A program made the position numbers and the translations under genes. A DNA stretch of 60,272 nt, filler included. It is 4 parts of 4 records of this genome, joined end to end, with 100 filler letters (N's around TTAATTAATTAA, not from the genome) between each part and the next. Parts side by side here need not be neighbours in the genome. Positions count along the whole stretch, not along the records: positions 17,718 to 29,354 come from DRR723986_10604; positions 29,455 to 53,069 come from DRR723986_10614; 2 more parts are not named here. The stretch is one strand, 5' to 3'. Shown here in pieces: positions 27,330 to 37,965 of the stretch (positions are counted from its first letter, which is position 1; the number at the start of each line of letters is the position of its first letter). Below the pieces are notes generated by a model that made no database searches, was not told the DNA's origin, and saw only the letters and a list, made by a program, of their open reading frames with translations.

Positions 27330-29354
27330 TCAGAAGTTCCGTGTATAGAAAATATCCAGTGAGGCCGCCAGACCACTGGCGGCCTCCAGATAGAAGTAGC
27401 GGCCCAAATCGTAGCGCAGGGCTACCGTGGTAATGGGTTCAAATATGCCAACACCATAACGGAGGCTTAGTTCGTCTGTGATATAGCCGCTCGCCACCAC
27501 GGACGCCTGCTCCCCTGAACCCTCCGCCTCCAATGTCAGGTTACGGATACCCAGCTCGTTTCCAATACCTTGTGTGATCTTGCTGGCCTGGGTAAGACCC
27601 AGTGACAACGCAGCCCGGCTCATCTGCCCCTCATCCCCCTGGCCCCGGGGCGGACGGCCAAGAATAACGTACGACAAGGCATCACTCTGCGGCATCGACG
27701 GTTCCGAGAACACTTCCGTTTCCGGCTCATCCACCGGGCCGGACAACCGGATCCCGGCGACCACCGTATCAACTTCACGGACTGCCTCAATGTCCAAATA
27801 CGGTCGGGTCAGCGCACCTACAAAGAGAATCCGTGCCCGGCGCAGGTCCAGTTCCTGGCCAAAGGCTTCATAGCGACCATTCACTAACTGCAGCGCACCC
27901 CGCGTATCCATGTTGTTGCCAATGCGCAACGTGCCTTCGAGGTTGCCGGTGACACCAAACGCGGCAAACGACACCTCATCCTCACCGACCACCACAGTCA
28001 CATCCATCAGCATCGACCGAATGGCAGGTTCTTCCCGTTCGACACCCACGATGACTTCATCCTCGGAAACCGATACCGCCGATGGGGGGACGCTCTGGAC
28101 TTCGATTTCGCCTCTGGGCACCTCAACGCGGCCGGAGACCGACAGCTCTCCAGATTTGAAGGCAATATCCAGATCCGGCGCCACCTCCAACCGGGCATAA
28201 GGTTCCAGCGTCACCGGCAGCCGTTCGCCTTTCAGGTTGATCGCGACTTGCGGCGACTGTGCCCACTCCAAGCTCCCGGAGACCTGGCCCTTACTGCGAT
28301 CATTGCTTTTCCAGCGCCCGCTGATATCGGCCGACTGCCCCCTAAACTCAAGCACTACAAGCAATTCCTCCAGTGGCAGGGGAAGGCCAGGATCAAACAC
28401 TCGCCCTTCACTAAGCACCAGCTCGCCGGTGACGTCAGGCTTCATCAAGGGACCGTTCAAACGACCACTGCCATTAACCCGCCCCTGAATGTCTTCAATA
28501 CCGGTAAATGCCGAGAGGAAGGCAAGATTAAGGGCCTGGAGCCGGAATTCACCATCAACCGTGCGGTCACTGGCCAGAGGATCCACAGCAAGATCCAGGT
28601 CAAACTGGCCAAGTTCCGGGCCGCTGAAATCCAGGCTGACATTGGCCTCATCCGGTTTAAGATTAGCCTCAACCACTAGCTGGTCATGAGTGATGGGCTG
28701 CCAGTCGTCCAGCACCAGAACCCCGAACTCGCCGGCGCCGGCATCAATCCGGATAGTGCCATCAGGACCCGCATCCGTGAGAGTTACGGCAATGTCGGCG
28801 TCTATAGTCGATTGCCACCGAAAAGTCTCTGGAAACAACGGTGCCAAAGCACTGGCCGGGAAACCTCGCACTTCATAAGCAATGCGGGAGTCTGGCCACA
28901 GTCTCTGGTCAGCCGCACAGACCGAGCTTTGCTGCCAGCGCCAGCAGTGACTGCCAAGTTCAAGAGCCCCGGCCACGTAGGTGAGATCCGCTCTCGTATC
29001 CAGCTGCCAGATCTGCCCTGGCTCTGGTACGGAAATCCGGCCCCGGGTCAGCTGTCCGCGCCAACCCGGTAGTTTCTCTCCCAGCCCGCCCGCGAATTCC
29101 AGCTCAACCGAAGCTTCAGGATGATCGACTTGCAAAGCCAGGGTGTGGCGCTCCCGGGTGCCGCTGAGGGACGCTACAACCTTGTCGAGTTCCTGGCCAG
29201 CGAGACGCAGCTCAGTGCCCGACAGATCAAGGTCCAGCACCCCGTCACTATCAAGTCCCGCCTCAAGCTGCGCCTCGGTAACCAGGAATTGATCCTGCCA
29301 GGCCAGATTGCCCGCCGTCAGTGAGAGCTCAGCTTCCGGAGCTTCCGGCGAGCC
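27330..29354 (-). CDS. tamB: Translocation and assembly module TamB (3' part; 5' truncated by contig end)
   Basis: DUF490-type C-terminus: G.YEAFGQEL.L.R..ILF.G...PYLDIEAVR, FSEP.M.Q.DALSY.ILGR, SGYIT..L..RYGVGIF...LRY.L. The frame is open to the contig edge at 29354. Confidence 0.93.
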   Translation of the reverse strand, partial: GSPEAPEAELSLTAGNLAWQDQFLVTEAQLEAGLDSDGVLDLDLSGTELRLAGQELDKVVASLSGTRERHTLALQVDHPEASVELEFAGGLGEKLPGWRGQLTRGRISVPEPGQIWQLDTRADLTYVAGALELGSHCWRWQQSSVCAADQRLWPDSRIAYEVRGFPASALAPLFPETFRWQSTIDADIAVTLTDAGPDGTIRIDAGAGEFGVLVLDDWQPITHDQLVVEANLKPDEANVSLDFSGPELGQFDLDLAVDPLASDRTVDGEFRLQALNLAFLSAFTGIEDIQGRVNGSGRLNGPLMKPDVTGELVLSEGRVFDPGLPLPLEELLVVLEFRGQSADISGRWKSNDRSKGQVSGSLEWAQSPQVAINLKGERLPVTLEPYARLEVAPDLDIAFKSGELSVSGRVEVPRGEIEVQSVPPSAVSVSEDEVIVGVEREEPAIRSMLMDVTVVVGEDEVSFAAFGVTGNLEGTLRIGNNMDTRGALQLVNGRYEAFGQELDLRRARILFVGALTRPYLDIEAVREVDTVVAGIRLSGPVDEPETEVFSEPSMPQSDALSYVILGRPPRGQGDEGQMSRAALSLGLTQASKITQGIGNELGIRNLTLEAEGSGEQASVVASGYITDELSLRYGVGIFEPITTVALRYDLGRYFYLEAASGLAASLDIFYTRNF

Positions 29355-29454
29355 NNNNNNNNNNNNNNNNNNNNNNNNNNNNNNNNNNNNNNNNNNNNTT
29401 AATTAATTAANNNNNNNNNNNNNNNNNNNNNNNNNNNNNNNNNNNNNNNNNNNN
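29355..29454. other. Artificial contig spacer
   Basis: 44 N + TTAATTAATTAA + 44 N. Confidence 0.99.
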
Positions 29455-29965
29455 TTTCCACGAGTTTTGCGCCATGCCCACCAGAATCACATGCACGGCT
29501 CACACCCGGTATGTGCGCCGTACACCACTATTTTAAGGCTTAAGTCAATACAATTTTCAGCTAATATCATCAACGGCGCATATTCGTAGGTGAGCGGCCG
29601 GTAATTAACGACAAGCGGACCCTAGTTGCTGGGGTACCAGGGCGGCGCAGCGCAAAGCTGGCAGCGGTTCAAACGGCCATTTGGCACGCTGGATTGTGAG
29701 CTTAGACCCAGCGCGGCGCGGTGCATCTTGGTTGAAGTTCTGAATGGATTGGGACAGGCTCAACTGCCGCAAGTTGACGTTTCAGCGACTAACAAGAGAA
29801 AAAAGCAAGCCCAACCGAATCGCGATTAGCGGGAGGGAGGCGAAGCGAGGCGTTTTCAAGAGTGACCGAAAGAGCGTATTTTCCCGCGTTGGGGCGAACC
29901 TGCGACGAAAGCATTACTCAGGTTTCTCTTTAGCAGACAATTTTTACGGCTTGTAGGACTCAACG

Positions 29966-32900
29966 GTGATCAACTTCCCCCCGCAAAAATGCTGTCCGGC
30001 TGTGATGGCGCTGACAGTAATAGTATTCTGTTGTTGTTTTGGCAATGAGCTATCTGCCACAGATTCGCCTGCGATTAGAACTGCAGGGTTTGTGGCAAAT
30101 GAAGGGCAATGGCCCCGGGAAGTGCATGCGCGTGTCCAGACAAATGGCATGACGGCATGGATTACCGCAGACGGCGTTACCTACGATTATTTCCGCAGAG
30201 TAGCACGTGAGAGTCCTGTAGATGCAGCCCGATCCGGCAGCGAACACCACAACAATACGGATCTGAATTCTGCCAAAAGTGAGCTGGAACTCCAAAATCC
30301 TCAAGATCGATTTGGCCGCGAAGGGCACGTTCTGCGAACGCGTTTTGCAGGTGCTGCTACTGAAGTCGTTGGCCAATCGCGCCGTGCCGAATACAGCAAT
30401 TTTTTCTATGGAATAAGCGCTGAAAAGCAGATTGTAAATGTCCCGATCTACGATCGTTTTATCCAGAAATCGGTAGCGCCCGGCGTTGATATCGAATACA
30501 TGCTGCAGGATGGGCGTGTGCGTTATGACGTGCATTTGGCGCCAATGGCAGATGTGCGCGCCGTGCAATTCCGCGTGGATGGTGCGCTGGGAATCCGCGT
30601 AAGTGAAGACGGTAAACTGCTGGTGCAAACGAGTTTAGGCGAAATCGCTCACCAGGGACTTTATGCATTTCAGACGGTAGACGGTCGCGAGCAGGAAGTT
30701 GAGTGCCGCTTTGCTGTGCAGGCCGGAAATATTGTGGGATTTGAAGTCGGCACGTATAACCGGACGCTGCCGCTGGTGATTGATCCGATTGTGTATTCGA
30801 CCATTATTGGCGGTGAAGCGCAGGACGACCCGAACGACATTGTGGTAGACGACACGGGTGCAGCGTTCCTGACCGGCTCTACAAATTCAAGCGACTTTCC
30901 GACGACTGCGGGTGCCTATGATGAGACGATTTCGGGTACAACCGAAAGTGATGTTTTTGTACTGAAATTAGATCCGTCCGGAACTTCAATTGTTTGGTCC
31001 ACATATGTTGGTGAGCAGTTTGCGGAGTCCGGAACCGGAATCGATTTGGATCCTGACGGCAATGTTGTTGTTGCCGGGTGGACGCGCTCGGATGCTTTTC
31101 CGGTGATGGTGACTGCCTATGACGCAAGCCACAACGGCGATCGCGATGTCTTTGTGCTCAAGTTGAGCCCGGCGGGGAATACACTGCTCGCGAGCACATT
31201 TATGGGTTCGGCTGGACTTGAGGAGTGCCGCGCCCTGGACGTGGATCGCCTTGGCAACAACTATATCGGCGGTTTTACGAACTCCCGACTGTTTCCGTCA
31301 GACGGTATCTACCGCGGTGCGCGCGAAGCGTTTGTGGCCAAACTCGCTCCCGATTTGACTGCACGTACCTGGTCGACCTTTATGGGTGGATCGGCTGACG
31401 ACGCAATTTTTTCGATTGCAGTCGACGCAGACCAAAGTGTGTTTGTGGGCGGCACAACTACCTCTCAGGATTTCTTTCTGGTTAATCCCTGGGATGACAG
31501 CCCGAATGGGCTGAGAGACGCTTTTCTTGGGCGGATTGCACCCGACGGACAATCGGAGATTTTTAGCACCTATATTGGCGGGCGTCTGGACGAATCCATG
31601 GGCGGCATTGTGTTGGACAACATTGGCGACCTGTACTTTTGTGGAACGACATTTTCGAACGACTTTCCGATGACGCCCGCGACCTTTGACCCGAATTACA
31701 AAGGCGGCGGCGACGGTTATTATGGCAAGATGCTGCGCGACGGCAGCGACATGGTCTACACCAGTTTCCTGGGAGCCGAGAGCGGCGAAGATGCACATGA
31801 TATTGCAGTGACAGAGAATCGCGAGCCGGTCATTTTTGGGTTGTCGCGTTCGGTGGCATTCCCGGTAACCGCCGGCGCCTGTGCACCCGACCTGAGCGGT
31901 GCATCGGATTTGTTTGTGGCTCAAATGAACGCCGCCGGCAATCGCCTCGTATGCAGCTCATTTATAGGCGGCAAAGGCGAAAATGAATTTAGCCGCGCGA
32001 TTGATATCGGGCCGGACGGCAATTTCTTTCTGGCCGGGCGCACGCTGGACGATGAGTTTCCGACGACAGATTTCACGGAAGGCAAGGGCGGCACAGACCT
32101 GTTTATTGTTAAGTACAATTGCAATCCGACGGACCTGGATGTAGATGCCGGTCCCGACCAAATCATCTGTTTTGGCGACCCCGTTACGATTGGTCGGGAA
32201 GCGATTGGCGGCACGCCCGGCTATAGCTATCAGTGGGAGCCGGAAGCCGGATTAAGTGATCCGAATGCTGCACGACCGCGCGCAAATCCTGCACAAGATA
32301 CTGAGTACATTGTGTTTGTGACCGATGCCACCGGCTGCCGGGTTTTGGACCGTGTGGTTGTCCTGGTTCGCGAACGACTTTTTGCGGAAGCCGGGGAGGA
32401 AATCGAGGCCTGTTTCGGTGACGACGTCACGATTGGTGGCGCTCCGACTGGAAGCGGCGGCGTTGGTACATTGACCTACTCATGGTCACCGACTCTAAAT
32501 CTTGATGATCCGACACTTGCCAATCCAACTGTGACGGTCTCTTCCGTCAGGCCAACAACATATCGTGTCACAATAACCGACGGTCAGGGCTGTACGACTA
32601 CGGACAGCATTCGTGTGGTTTTTAATGTACCACCGGATGTAAATCCCGGCGAGGATAAACTGGTGTGTGCCAGTGCAGTTGCAGTCCTGGGTGGTTCGCC
32701 GACGGCGGACGGGCCTACCGGACCATTCACATATTTGTGGGAACCTCCCCTGGGGCTCGACGATCCAACCTCGCCCAACCCACTTGCGGAGTTATCGACG
32801 AATGCCAACTTCACAGTCAAATACAGGCTTACGGTCACGGATAGCAAGAATTGTTCGACGACGGACAGCGTCACGATCCGCTACAATTCGCTGCGGATTG

Positions 32901-35428
32901 AACCGCCGGAAGAACGGATTGTCTGTCCCAACGAAAGTGTTTCTCTGGGCGTAACCGTTCTCGGATTTGCCGGAGATGAGAATGACTTGTTGTACAATTG
33001 GTCGCCGCAAACGGGACTGACAGGCTCTAATACGGCCAACCCAACTTTTGAAGAGACATTGCCGCGGCGATACTCATATGTTGTGACTGTCACAGATCCG
33101 GTGGACGGGTGCCAGGTGAGTGAAACAGTTGTTGTGCGCATTCCGGGGCAGCCCAGCCTGACAACCTCGCCGCTGATTGTCAACTTTCCAACGCTGGGCG
33201 GTTGTGACAACTCAGCCGTAGAGCGGCTGACTGTGCGCAACACGAACGGGCGCGCCTTTGAGATTAAGCGGATTGAGTTTGAAGGTCCGTTTGCTTTGGC
33301 GCAGCCTTTCAACGGAATACTTTTGGGCGATAATCAGACGCTGGATCTGGACATTGTGTACAATCCATTGGCCCCCGGCACGGATGAAGGCGCCATAATT
33401 CTGATTCTGACGGATTGTGAATACAAAGTGGAAGTGCAGCTGCGCGGCCGTAAAACTGCGGCGGACATTGCAATTTCAACAACTGTGCTTGACTTTGGGA
33501 CTTCAGTGATTTGCCGGGATGCAGATGTATTCCGCTCTTTCTGGATCTATAATCTGGGCGACGGCGATGTTGAGATTCAGGAAAGTGACGCTCAAAATCC
33601 ATTTGAGACTTCGACCTTCCTGCCGCAGCGGCTTGCGGCTGGGGACTCACTGGAAATTGCCGTTCGATTTTCCGCCTGGCAGGCCGCGACGCCCGACGTC
33701 AATGCTGTGATCAGCCTGCCATTTACTTCCGAAGCTTGCAGTGATACGCTGCGTGTAAGTGTTTTTGGGCGTGCGCTAAATGCCACGCTTACACCTCCAA
33801 TCAGTCAAATTGACTTCCCGGCCCTGACGGGCTGTGAGCAGGAGCGCGATACGACTTTAACGCTGCGCAATGACTCAGAGATTGACATTGAGTTGCGCAG
33901 GCTGGATGATGCATCGATTCTGACGACTGTTCCGCCTTTGCCGCTGACAATTGGACCGGGCGACGAGCAGGAAATTCGCATCCGGTTCCGGCCTGTTGGC
34001 GAAGGTGATTTCAGCGGTTCACTTGACTTTGAATATGGGCATTGTGACTCGACTTTTGCGATTGCATTTAGCGGCGCTAAACGCGGAGTGACGTTTGGAA
34101 CGGATGCTGAGGTAGATTTAGGCACTCTTGTTAGTTGTTCAGCTGGAACACTGGAGTCTGTGATCCGGCTTGAGTACACGGGCGACGCTGACGTGGATGG
34201 AGAAATACGGAATGTGCGTGTCACTGGACCGTTTGAGCAAGACCTGGTGATTGGAACGCTCTTACCGCGCGACGGGACGAGCGTCACGGGGGCTGTGCGG
34301 CTGGACCGCGCAGCACTGGGCGCGCAGCGCGGAATAATCACCGGCAGCGTTTTTGTTCTGGTGGAACCATGTAATATTGAACTGGAGATAGCCCTGGTTG
34401 CCGAGGTTTTGGATGCTGAGCTGACGCTGAGCGCGGCATCTGCGGCTGAACAGGCGACACTATTGGCTGCGGGCGAAGAACGCGTAATCGAATTTGTGAA
34501 CAGTGGCACAGCTCCAATTACGCTCGGTACGGCGGTTCTGGACTTGCCGGGCGTCTTCACTATAATCGATCTGGACCCGGCTGCTGGTTCCAGTCTGGCG
34601 GCCGGTGCGAGTGTGCGCGTGCGCGTGCGCTACGAGGGAGATGCCGCCGAACGCCAGACTACCATGACACTTGCGAGCGACGCACCCTGTGCTGGACTTA
34701 CAGCAAGTGTGATATTGCGCGGCGAAGCCAACGATATAATCGACCCACCGACCGGCAGCGTGACGATATCTGTTAATGAAATGCGCCGAGCGGTTGGTGA
34801 AGTTTTTGATGTGGTGATCACACTGGAAGAATCCGAGAATCTTGTAGAGAGCGGCGCTGAATCCTATACGTTTGATCTGCGTTTTCATCGTTCAATGATG
34901 GTTCCGCTGGATGCGGCTTTTGCCGGTCTGTTTGACGGTGAGGACCGCGTCATCAGTTTTAGTGGTGCTACGCCTGCGGCTCCCGGAGTTCTGCATCGTT
35001 TTGCGGTGCGCAGCTTGTGGGGGTATGATTCCTGCGACATCGTGGAGATTGACACTGTACTCTGGACGGGGGGCGATGTTATCAGCACAGAGGAATCTGG
35101 ATCTATCTGTTTGACCGATCTCTGTGATGTTGGGGATCACACGCGTCTGTTTTTGAGCGGCGCCCCTACGGCACTGCGAATCAATACGCAGGTGCCCGTG
35201 CGTAGCGGGGTTCTGGACTTCTCACTGGAAGGCCTGGAGCGTGGCGAACACAAGGTGTACCTGCTGGATGCTGCCGGACGCACCAGATATCCGATTTTAG
35301 ACCAGGAGTTCAACTCATCGAATCTGGATATTCAGGCTCCGCTGGGCAGTGTGCCAAATGGCGCATACATTTTGGTAGTCGAAACTCCGCGCTTGCGACT
35401 GACTGAAATGCTCACGATTCTGCGCTGA
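29966..35428 (+). CDS. Very large secreted multidomain protein: SBBP beta-propeller repeats, Ig/PKD-like repeats, ASH/choice-of-anchor-D-like Ig domains, cohesin-like domain, T9SS-like CTD
   Basis: GFVANEGQW...YNRTLPLVIDP N-module; repeated 'STxxGG..D...I.VD..G..Y..G.T.S.DFP..D.FV.KL'; repeated 'AG.D..C...Y.W.P..GL.DP...P......Y.V.VTD..GC.TTD'; repeated 'DFG/DFP..C......L.N.G'; ends VPNGAYILVVETP......LTILR. Start could be ATG 30005. Confidence 0.85.
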   Translation: MINFPPQKCCPAVMALTVIVFCCCFGNELSATDSPAIRTAGFVANEGQWPREVHARVQTNGMTAWITADGVTYDYFRRVARESPVDAARSGSEHHNNTDLNSAKSELELQNPQDRFGREGHVLRTRFAGAATEVVGQSRRAEYSNFFYGISAEKQIVNVPIYDRFIQKSVAPGVDIEYMLQDGRVRYDVHLAPMADVRAVQFRVDGALGIRVSEDGKLLVQTSLGEIAHQGLYAFQTVDGREQEVECRFAVQAGNIVGFEVGTYNRTLPLVIDPIVYSTIIGGEAQDDPNDIVVDDTGAAFLTGSTNSSDFPTTAGAYDETISGTTESDVFVLKLDPSGTSIVWSTYVGEQFAESGTGIDLDPDGNVVVAGWTRSDAFPVMVTAYDASHNGDRDVFVLKLSPAGNTLLASTFMGSAGLEECRALDVDRLGNNYIGGFTNSRLFPSDGIYRGAREAFVAKLAPDLTARTWSTFMGGSADDAIFSIAVDADQSVFVGGTTTSQDFFLVNPWDDSPNGLRDAFLGRIAPDGQSEIFSTYIGGRLDESMGGIVLDNIGDLYFCGTTFSNDFPMTPATFDPNYKGGGDGYYGKMLRDGSDMVYTSFLGAESGEDAHDIAVTENREPVIFGLSRSVAFPVTAGACAPDLSGASDLFVAQMNAAGNRLVCSSFIGGKGENEFSRAIDIGPDGNFFLAGRTLDDEFPTTDFTEGKGGTDLFIVKYNCNPTDLDVDAGPDQIICFGDPVTIGREAIGGTPGYSYQWEPEAGLSDPNAARPRANPAQDTEYIVFVTDATGCRVLDRVVVLVRERLFAEAGEEIEACFGDDVTIGGAPTGSGGVGTLTYSWSPTLNLDDPTLANPTVTVSSVRPTTYRVTITDGQGCTTTDSIRVVFNVPPDVNPGEDKLVCASAVAVLGGSPTADGPTGPFTYLWEPPLGLDDPTSPNPLAELSTNANFTVKYRLTVTDSKNCSTTDSVTIRYNSLRIEPPEERIVCPNESVSLGVTVLGFAGDENDLLYNWSPQTGLTGSNTANPTFEETLPRRYSYVVTVTDPVDGCQVSETVVVRIPGQPSLTTSPLIVNFPTLGGCDNSAVERLTVRNTNGRAFEIKRIEFEGPFALAQPFNGILLGDNQTLDLDIVYNPLAPGTDEGAIILILTDCEYKVEVQLRGRKTAADIAISTTVLDFGTSVICRDADVFRSFWIYNLGDGDVEIQESDAQNPFETSTFLPQRLAAGDSLEIAVRFSAWQAATPDVNAVISLPFTSEACSDTLRVSVFGRALNATLTPPISQIDFPALTGCEQERDTTLTLRNDSEIDIELRRLDDASILTTVPPLPLTIGPGDEQEIRIRFRPVGEGDFSGSLDFEYGHCDSTFAIAFSGAKRGVTFGTDAEVDLGTLVSCSAGTLESVIRLEYTGDADVDGEIRNVRVTGPFEQDLVIGTLLPRDGTSVTGAVRLDRAALGAQRGIITGSVFVLVEPCNIELEIALVAEVLDAELTLSAASAAEQATLLAAGEERVIEFVNSGTAPITLGTAVLDLPGVFTIIDLDPAAGSSLAAGASVRVRVRYEGDAAERQTTMTLASDAPCAGLTASVILRGEANDIIDPPTGSVTISVNEMRRAVGEVFDVVITLEESENLVESGAESYTFDLRFHRSMMVPLDAAFAGLFDGEDRVISFSGATPAAPGVLHRFAVRSLWGYDSCDIVEIDTVLWTGGDVISTEESGSICLTDLCDVGDHTRLFLSGAPTALRINTQVPVRSGVLDFSLEGLERGEHKVYLLDAAGRTRYPILDQEFNSSNLDIQAPLGSVPNGAYILVVETPRLRLTEMLTILR

Positions 35429-35490
35429 TACCGGAACAAAATGGCAAAAAATCACTACGTGTATATTATGCTTTGACTGATATTTATAAA

Positions 35491-35518
35491 AATTTACAAT
35501 GTCCACTCATTGTAAATT
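35491..35518. repeat. AT-rich inverted repeat (11-bp arms, 6-nt spacer)
   Basis: AATTTACAATG-TCCACT-CATTGTAAATT read directly. Confidence 0.75.
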
Positions 35519-36123
35519 GTGGAATTATTCATAATATGTACTGTCTTCCAAAAGGTTGAACCAGAAAGTTCCGAGCTTCTGGTATAAACGAACGGGAAAA
35601 AATGACGGCTTGGAGCGCGCTCGAAGAACATCCAGCATGGATGTTAACATTGTGTGTAACCTGAGTAAGAGACAATAATAGATATAGGAGCCTCTTGGCC
35701 GGCTCCGCTTACTCCGATCCAAACTTTGGGTCGGCTATACGTGAGTGACTGGCCAGGGGCTGGCCCAAAACGGGAAAACAATGGCCACAAACCATTCCCA
35801 CTCCAAATCAAACCTGATATACAGTTGAGTAAGTAAACAAATTGGAACAACGCCAGGATGGGAGCATTTACTCAGCACTGTTAGTTGAATGTTTCTACTG
35901 CAAAGAGCATGTCTTTGTCTTTTCGCAGCCAGGCGAATAATTCGCTTTAGGTTCAGCAGGGTAAAACCATTCCGCCGCCAGTTCGATTCACTTGTTCGAG
36001 CTATTGTTTGCATCGGCGCCTTAAGCATGCGTTTTCCAGCAGAAGTGCGTGGAAGCGCGAAGCACCGTTACCAGTTTACCCGAACTGCCTGGAACCGTTT
36101 AAAGCACAACACCATCCCAATCA

Positions 36124-37965
36124 ATGGAGTCAGTCATGACTGCAGAACATTCTTCCGGAATGCGGAACTGGCGAAATCTACATCTCGCTGGAAAGGCCGT
36201 TGGACCACAGAATTATAAAAAGACTTCTGTGGCAAAGTATTACAAGATTGCCCGTGTTCTATTTGAGCAGGCAAAACTTGGGACGGCATTTAGTGCTCTG
36301 GAACAAGCCAGGATTGAGAGTAGCACTTTAGAAGGTCTGACAAGGGAGGAAGAGCGGAACGTTCATTTGTTACGCGCCGAACTGTTGGTTGCGATGGGCA
36401 CGCCATTGAGAGCGATGCGCGAGTTTGAGTTGCAATCGCGGCAGGCACTTCCCGAGGGATCAACCAGGGAGCGCCAGCTGCATTTGCTGAGTGGTGCAAA
36501 GATTGCTCTGGCGATGGACCGGTTCGCTGATGCCAGTGATTATGTAAAGCGCGTCCAGGCCGTAAAGAAAATCGATGACCGGCAACTGGCAGCCGAGCTG
36601 AAATTGATTGAAGGACAGATTTTCCTGCACCGTGGTGACCTTTCCAAAAGTTATTCTGCTCTGGTTGATGCACATGGCCAATGCAAAAATTACCAATTGC
36701 TTTCGGAGATTAGATTAAGTCTGGCGGATGTGTATCTGCTTGCGGGTGACTGCACGGAGGCCTTTGCACAGCTCCTGCATGCCGACCGCCATGCACTGCA
36801 TGCGCAACTGCCGCGCCAGACGGTTCGAGTGGCCCTGCAGCGTGTTATGACGCTTCTACAGTGTGGCTACCGCGGCGAGGCAAGAATCGCAATCAATAAG
36901 TTAAATGACACTCTGCAGAACGTGGACCTTCCCGTGGAACAGGCCCGCGGCCGCGCGCTGATGGGATTACTTGCCATGGACTGTGGACGGCCTGAAGAGT
37001 CCCAGTCTCACTTCCTGGCATCGAGGCGCAACACTGAAAAAATCGATTCAAAATCGGTGAATGTCTTTACGCAATTTAGTGAAGCAATTGCTTGTGATTT
37101 TGCGGAAGCGGGCGAATGCAAAAAGCGCAAAGCCGCCGTGCAGGCCGAACTGCTTGCAGCATGGAATCATATGCAACACTCCGGAAATATTGCCAAAGCC
37201 CTGGTTTGGGCAATGAACATTCTGCGGGCCAACCGTCGTTATCTGCAGGATCAAAGTACGCGCAATCTGTCTGAACGCATCTGCACATTTCTGGACGTGC
37301 ATTTACCGAACGAACTGCGCCATTGGTTGGACAGAATTGAGTGTGGCGACGCTGGAAACTATGCGACGACACTGTTCAGAGGCCCGCAGGATGGCCCCTT
37401 AGCCTGCTTTACACTGCCGCAACTTGTGGATTGTAATGGACCAAACACGGCTTTGCAGCTGCGCCTAATGCAATCGCGAATAGACAACCTGACGATGCGG
37501 GCCGAACTGCAACAACTGCGCCATCAGACCAGCGGCTTAAAGCCGCAGTTGCAGGGACCGGATTTTGGTGCAGCTGAATACGAGCATGAAACAGCGCCCG
37601 CTACCGTGAATGCTCCCGCCCCAGAGCCGGCTAACCACCATCCGGCTACCCACCAGCCGGCGACGCAACATCCGGCTACACAACATCCGGCTACGCAACA
37701 GAGCAACAGTGCCGGCAAAAACACCAGCAAATACGAAGAAAATATGCAGCATCCGCTGGCAGGCAGATTGAGCAGCATATACCCTGAATTAACCGCAGCT
37801 GAGATATCGATTTGCATCGATATCTACAACAACCGAAACACCAAAGATATAGCCAACAAGTATTACCTTGCCGTTAGAACAGTAGAGAAACATCGATACA
37901 ATATTCGTCGCAAAATGTTTTTAACTCGTTACGAAGACCTGTACAATTTGCTCACCGGTCTTTAA
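36124..37965 (+). CDS. TPR-like helical protein with C-terminal LuxR-type HTH (transcriptional regulator)
   Basis: Helical repeats with small-residue periodicity, a coiled-coil segment, then YPELTAAE..IC..I.....TKDIA......RTVEKHRYNIRRK. Start codon uncertain. Confidence 0.8.
   Translation: MESVMTAEHSSGMRNWRNLHLAGKAVGPQNYKKTSVAKYYKIARVLFEQAKLGTAFSALEQARIESSTLEGLTREEERNVHLLRAELLVAMGTPLRAMREFELQSRQALPEGSTRERQLHLLSGAKIALAMDRFADASDYVKRVQAVKKIDDRQLAAELKLIEGQIFLHRGDLSKSYSALVDAHGQCKNYQLLSEIRLSLADVYLLAGDCTEAFAQLLHADRHALHAQLPRQTVRVALQRVMTLLQCGYRGEARIAINKLNDTLQNVDLPVEQARGRALMGLLAMDCGRPEESQSHFLASRRNTEKIDSKSVNVFTQFSEAIACDFAEAGECKKRKAAVQAELLAAWNHMQHSGNIAKALVWAMNILRANRRYLQDQSTRNLSERICTFLDVHLPNELRHWLDRIECGDAGNYATTLFRGPQDGPLACFTLPQLVDCNGPNTALQLRLMQSRIDNLTMRAELQQLRHQTSGLKPQLQGPDFGAAEYEHETAPATVNAPAPEPANHHPATHQPATQHPATQHPATQQSNSAGKNTSKYEENMQHPLAGRLSSIYPELTAAEISICIDIYNNRNTKDIANKYYLAVRTVEKHRYNIRRKMFLTRYEDLYNLLTGL
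37627..37701 (+). repeat. Five tandem 15-bp coding repeats (PANHH PATHQ PATQH PATQH PATQQ)
   Basis: ccggctaaccaccat ccggctacccaccag ccggcgacgcaacat ccggctacacaacat ccggctacgcaacag. Confidence 0.92.

Noticed and set aside
29681-29698. TTGGCACGCTGGATTG as a sigma54 promoter
   Set aside because: The -24 element is present but there is no GC at the -12 position.
35525-36218. Short ORFs between the giant protein and the TPR-LuxR gene
   Set aside because: Mutually overlapping, no recognisable motifs or convincing starts.
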